A DNA stretch of 62,037 nt. It comes from a virus. The translations under genes and the position numbers were made by a program. Below are positions 58,950 through 62,037 of this stretch, in pieces; position 1 is the first letter of the stretch; each line of letters opens with the position of its first letter. The stretch is taken from IMG/VR virus record IMGVR_UViG_3300027535_000001, positions 1 through 62,037 of that record; one strand, written 5' to 3'. The notes beneath the pieces are model-generated. The model ran no database searches. It saw nothing but the letters and a program-made list of their open reading frames with translations, and was not told the DNA's origin.

Positions 58950-59600
58950 ATGAACATTAGGACATCCGGTCGGCGCAAGGCGGCCAAACCGCCCCCGGCT
59001 GAGCCGGATGACCCAAAACCGGCGCTTATAGGCTATGCCCGTGTCTCGACCGAAGATCAGAACCTTGATCTCCAGATTGACGCCCTGCGGAAAGCCGGGT
59101 GCGTCAACATCTGGCAGGAGCACGTTTCGGGCGCGGCGAAGGTGCGTACCGAACTCGACCATGCCATCGCGGACCTGCGGCCGGGCGAGACGCTGGTCGT
59201 GTGGCGGCTCGATCGGCTCGCCCGGTCCATGCGCGACCTTTACGCCCGGCTCGACCAGATTTATGCACAGGGCGCCGGGTTTCGCAGCCTTACGGAGAGC
59301 TTCGACTTCGGCACGGTCACCGGCAAGTTCGTCCTGGGCATCCTGGGGCTCGTCGCCGAGCTGGAGCGCCAGCTTACCATCGTGCGCACCAAGGCCGGCA
59401 TGGCGGCGGCGAAGGCCAGGGGCAAGACTTTCGGGCGGGTGCGGCGGATGACCCCAGCGGCGATCGACAGAGCTGAGGGGCTTCTGAAACGCGGCTGGAA
59501 GGTCAAGGCGGTCGCCAAGGCGATCGGCGTCAAGACGCCCTCGATCTATGGCCACTTCTGGATCAAGGGCGGGAAGGTGCGCCGTAAGGCGCGATTGTAA
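58950..59600 (+). CDS. Hin/Gin/Cin-type small serine recombinase (DNA invertase/resolvase)
   Basis: 216 aa. IGYARVSTEDQNLDLQ, GETLVVWRLDRLARS and AELERQLTIVRTKAG, with C-terminal HTH GWKVKAVAKAIGVKTPSIY. Confidence 0.9.
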   Translation: MNIRTSGRRKAAKPPPAEPDDPKPALIGYARVSTEDQNLDLQIDALRKAGCVNIWQEHVSGAAKVRTELDHAIADLRPGETLVVWRLDRLARSMRDLYARLDQIYAQGAGFRSLTESFDFGTVTGKFVLGILGLVAELERQLTIVRTKAGMAAAKARGKTFGRVRRMTPAAIDRAEGLLKRGWKVKAVAKAIGVKTPSIYGHFWIKGGKVRRKARL

Positions 59601-59612
59601 GAGGAGGCCGGC

Positions 59613-59867
59613 ATGCGGGAAGCGGACTTTGCGATGAGGGGGCAGGCGCCGTCGCGTCCGATAACAGGGGACGTTGAGATTGATTACACCAATCATCGAG
59701 GCGAACGGCGATGGCGTCGTGTACTCCCCATGAAACTGACCTACGGTCTTAGCGAGTGGCATCCAGGCAACCAGTGGATTTTGCTTGCGCACTGCCATGA
59801 AAAGAACCAAGCGCGAGAGTTCGCCATGTCAGAAGTTCATGGTTGGCGACCTGTGGCGCAATTGTAG
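59613..59867 (+). CDS. stand-alone WYL-like domain protein
   Basis: 84 aa. VEIDYTNHRGERRWRRVLPMKLTYG...NQWILLAHCHEKNQAREFAMSEVHGW follows the WYL pattern (Y..G....R.v.P..l....W.L.a.c....R.F). Confidence 0.5.
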   Translation: MREADFAMRGQAPSRPITGDVEIDYTNHRGERRWRRVLPMKLTYGLSEWHPGNQWILLAHCHEKNQAREFAMSEVHGWRPVAQL

Positions 59868-59873
59868 AAGGAG
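59857..59873 (+). repeat. conserved junction motif CGCAATTGTAGAAGGAG, copy 1
   Basis: Perfect 17-mer (21-mer as GTGNCGCAATTGTAGAAGGAG). Contains the upstream TAG stop and the AAGGAG RBS. Confidence 0.9.
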
Positions 59874-59878
59874 CCGAC

Positions 59879-60100
59879 GTGGCCCACCGTATCAGCCTCG
59901 GACCAACTCTGGCGCAGCAAGAACGCGCGCACGAACGGCTGATAAAACGCAAAAAGCGGCTGAATGATGGCGACGCAACGCACGACTGGTTCATTCCGAA
60001 GTTCATCGGATATGAATGCTGTCGGCGATGCGGGATCGTCCGTCGCTCCGATCGGCAGAATACCCGGTGCAAGGGAACCGTGAAGGTAGGGCCTCGATGA
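59879..60100 (+). CDS. hypothetical Cys-containing protein (73 aa), GTG start
   Basis: GTG 59879 lies 5 nt after the motif's AAGGAG. AHRISLGPTLAQQERAHERLIKRKKRL...YECCRRCG. Confidence 0.5.
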   Translation: MAHRISLGPTLAQQERAHERLIKRKKRLNDGDATHDWFIPKFIGYECCRRCGIVRRSDRQNTRCKGTVKVGPR

Positions 60101-60558
60101 GCGACGACGGCGGCGACAAGATCGTAGGACATAAGACGTTCTCTGACGGCCCGATGAGCTTTCGGCACGAGCCGCTGACAAAGCGTGAGGCTGACGCACT
60201 TTGGGAAGCCGCCGAGAAGGCCAAGGCCGACCGGGCACAGCGTATGCCTGATGAGCGTGCCGCTATCCGCGCTCTATGGGAGGCTCACCAGCGGCTCCAA
60301 GAACTCGGTTGGCGCGAGGCCATCTATTGCCCGAAGGACGGCACATCGTTTCAGGTAATCGAGCCCGGCAGCACTGGAATTTTTGAGTGCCATTATTCCG
60401 GCGAATGGCCGAAAGGATCATGGTGGATCGCAGACGAAGGCGATTTGTATCCGTCACACCCGATCCTGTTCAAACTCTACCCAGAAGATCAGGCAAAGTA
60501 CGACGCCAAGATGGCTGAGGCGCGCGAACGCTATCGTGCCGAAACGTCCGAAGCATAG
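60097..60558 (+). CDS. hypothetical protein (153 aa)
   Basis: ATGA overlap. MSDDGGDKIVGHKTFSDGPMSFRHEPLTKREADALWEAAEK... Confidence 0.6.
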   Translation: MSDDGGDKIVGHKTFSDGPMSFRHEPLTKREADALWEAAEKAKADRAQRMPDERAAIRALWEAHQRLQELGWREAIYCPKDGTSFQVIEPGSTGIFECHYSGEWPKGSWWIADEGDLYPSHPILFKLYPEDQAKYDAKMAEARERYRAETSEA

Positions 60559-60572
60559 AGGGAGCCGGGCGC

Positions 60573-60890
60573 GTGGTTGATGGTGAAAGCTCTGGCGGCG
60601 TCGGCTACAGACTGATCCTGTCGTTCCCGGATCAATCATCTAGCTTTGCGTTCGGTTTTCATGCTGGCCAGATTTGGGCTGAGATGAAGCGCAACACATC
60701 GGCCGAGCTTACTTTCGATACGGCAACCGAGAATCGAGAAGTCATCCAACGCATGGCGGAACATCTCGGATGGTCGATCGACGTGAAGCCATCAGAAATC
60801 GACGGATGGGACACGACAATCTTGACGAAGGTCACGGGCGAAGGCAGGCGGATCAATCCGCATGGCTTGCGTATCGTGTCGCAATTGTAG
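60573..60890 (+). CDS. hypothetical protein (105 aa)
   Basis: GAGGGAG RBS, GTG start (or ATG 60580). Ends ...RIVSQL* inside motif copy 2. Confidence 0.55.
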   Translation: MVDGESSGGVGYRLILSFPDQSSSFAFGFHAGQIWAEMKRNTSAELTFDTATENREVIQRMAEHLGWSIDVKPSEIDGWDTTILTKVTGEGRRINPHGLRIVSQL

Positions 60891-60896
60891 AAGGAG
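60880..60896 (+). repeat. conserved junction motif CGCAATTGTAGAAGGAG, copy 2
   Basis: Perfect copy. Followed by ccgacGTGGCC, as in copy 1. Confidence 0.9.
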
Positions 60897-60904
60897 AGAC
60901 CGAC

Positions 60905-61126
60905 GTGGCCAGATTGAGCAAGGTCAAATCGTGGATGACGTTTTACGGGTGGACGCTTGGTGGTGGTCCTGGCTCTGTCAAACACGACGCCGATGGCAAG
61001 GTGATCGCCGCTCATGGCGACTCGGTTTGGAACAGCGACGTGAACATGGCTCTGATCCGTGACGATCGTGACGAGCAGAACGACAAGCTGATGGACGAGA
61101 TTGCCGCCAGCGGCGGCGCATTTTAA
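60905..61126 (+). CDS. hypothetical protein (73 aa), GTG start
   Basis: GTG 60905. ARLSKVKSWMTFYGWTLGGGPGSVKHDADGKVIAAHGDSVWNSD... Confidence 0.5.
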   Translation: MARLSKVKSWMTFYGWTLGGGPGSVKHDADGKVIAAHGDSVWNSDVNMALIRDDRDEQNDKLMDEIAASGGAF

Positions 61127-61206
61127 GGGAGAGCTACGGCGGTTGAACGTTGGTGCACCGCCTAGATTCCAAAACCTAAGCACCGACCGATTCGGAGATA
61201 GAACCC

Positions 61207-61344
61207 GATGACCGATGACCTCCAACAGAAAGTCGACACGCTGATCAACAAGGCGACTGCCGCAGAAAAATCGGAAGACGCTTTGAGGTTTTCTCAAGCG
61301 GCCCTGAACGCGGCGCATACCAAGCACGCGCTGGCCGAGTTTGA
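61207..61344 (+). CDS. possible small ORF (45 aa), weak
   Basis: MTDDLQQKVDTLINKATAAEKSEDALRFSQAALNAAHTQARAGRV. This is the only candidate in a 310-bp gap. Confidence 0.25.
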
Positions 61345-61436
61345 GCGGCCGAAAGACTGAACCGATAATTGGCGGTCCCGTTCCGCAACGGGGCCGCCTA
61401 GCTAGGTGATTGACGCAATCGTAAAGGGAGCGAACG

Positions 61437-61616
61437 ATGCAAGACCCAGCGCGACCGATGACTACCGAACAGAAAGCTCGCATGAGCCGAGAGCGGGCCG
61501 TCGCCGTCCAGGCGAAGCGAGATGGAAAGTGCATCAGCTATATCGATGATGACGGCTGCGAGGTCACAGTGACGCCGGGCGGTCACACTTTTTACAACGC
61601 CTCTGATTGGTACTGA
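61437..61616 (+). CDS. hypothetical protein (59 aa)
   Basis: AAGGGAG RBS in a degenerate motif copy. MQDPARPMTTEQKARMSRERAVAVQAKRDGKCISYIDDDGCEVTVTPGG... Confidence 0.5.
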   Translation: MQDPARPMTTEQKARMSRERAVAVQAKRDGKCISYIDDDGCEVTVTPGGHTFYNASDWY

Positions 61617-61624
61617 CGGGGTGA

Positions 61625-61641
61625 CGCAATTGTAGAAGGAG
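61625..61641 (+). repeat. conserved junction motif CGCAATTGTAGAAGGAG, copy 3 (fully intergenic)
   Basis: Perfect copy 9 nt after the upstream TGA and 9 nt before ATG 61651. Confidence 0.9.
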
Positions 61642-61650
61642 ACAGTCGCG

Positions 61651-61884
61651 ATGAGTGATGCCGCAGCAGTCAACACCGACCGCGAGCTATGGCGCGAACG
61701 CGATGGAGATTTTTATTCGCCGAGCATCCATGTGACGGTTGAGGGCGGCATAGGGATCGATGTCGGCGGCACGGTGATAGTTCTGTCCGTCTACGACTGG
61801 CATAGATTGGCGCTAGAGGATTCACACAGACCACCATCGCCGTACCCTGCTGGTCACGATTACGACAAACCAGCAACATTTTAG
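61651..61884 (+). CDS. hypothetical protein (77 aa)
   Basis: MSDAAAVNTDRELWRERDGDFYSPSIHVTVEGGIGIDVGG... Confidence 0.55.
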   Translation: MSDAAAVNTDRELWRERDGDFYSPSIHVTVEGGIGIDVGGTVIVLSVYDWHRLALEDSHRPPSPYPAGHDYDKPATF

Positions 61885-61898
61885 AGGAGACCGCACCA

Positions 61899-62037
61899 AT
61901 GGCTGATTTCTGCGTCGGCATGAGAGTTGAGCCCAGCCACGAATTTCGTCGGCAATTTCCAAACAGCACGGCGACGACCGGTGTTGTTGTCAGCACGACA
62001 ACGCGGCGCTATCCCGATTGTTGGAATGTGAAGTGGG
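61899..62037 (+). CDS. 5' part of the junction-spanning 73-aa ORF (continues at 34-116)
   Basis: AGAGGAGA RBS. MADFCVGMRVEPSHEFRRQFPNSTATTGVVVSTTTRRYPDCWNVKW... Confidence 0.5.
   Translation, partial: MADFCVGMRVEPSHEFRRQFPNSTATTGVVVSTTTRRYPDCWNVKW
62005..62037. repeat. 33-bp terminal direct repeat (copy of 1-33)
   Basis: Exact identity with the window start. Confidence 0.9.

Noticed and set aside
1-62037. tRNA genes, a CRISPR array, a phage RNA polymerase, a tyrosine integrase and a CI-type repressor.
   Set aside because: No T-loop-like GGTTCGAAT-type cloverleaf candidates occur in intergenic DNA. No repeat-spacer arrays are present. No ORF has T7-type RNA polymerase, tyrosine recombinase (R..H.R.Y) or S24 peptidase motifs. 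Absence is judged by eye only.

Overview
The window is a complete, GC-rich dsDNA phage genome. The first 33 bp (1-33) are identical to the last 33 bp (62005-62037) and a 73-aa ORF reads cleanly across that junction. This fits a closed or circularly permuted assembly with about 62,004 bp of unique sequence.

Architecture: there are two divergent arms leaving a control region at 14015-14109.
- The leftward (minus) arm, 14014->127, carries small early genes and a replication module. That module includes a family A DNA polymerase, SNF2 helicase, VRR-NUC nuclease and Cas4-like PD-(D/E)XK nuclease. A Prim-Pol/VirE primase-helicase sits inverted on the plus strand, next to an iteron/AT-rich origin-like region.
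- The rightward (plus) arm, 14110->62004->116, runs in this order: a CHAP/TIGR02594 hydrolase; small regulators; a tightly coupled sugar-modification cassette; large terminase, portal, scaffold and capsid genes; paralogous adaptor-like proteins; tail and ejection proteins; four fibre/depolymerase-like proteins; a lysis cluster; a Hin-type invertase; and an array of small accessory genes.
- The sugar-modification cassette contains a GT75/RGP-like enzyme, MazG, a GT-A enzyme, a GDP-mannose-3,5-epimerase-like enzyme, an embedded serine recombinase, a TPR+GT-B transferase and a KTSC protein.

I could not recognise a phage RNA polymerase, tyrosine integrase, CI/S24-type repressor, small terminase, tRNA or CRISPR array. 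Gene junctions are very often ATGA/TGATG/GTGA overlaps.

Functional calls rest on motifs I can read in the translations plus gene order. No database search was run, so family assignments are hypotheses of varying strength.

Most interesting:
- the glycosylation-like cassette;
- an antisense HTH + unknown-gene cassette inside the head module;
- Sec-type signal peptides on all four large fibre-like proteins;
- a perfectly conserved 17-21 nt junction motif in the accessory gene array;
- a family of intergenic hairpins sharing a flanking motif;
- numerous tiny hydrophobic ORFs.
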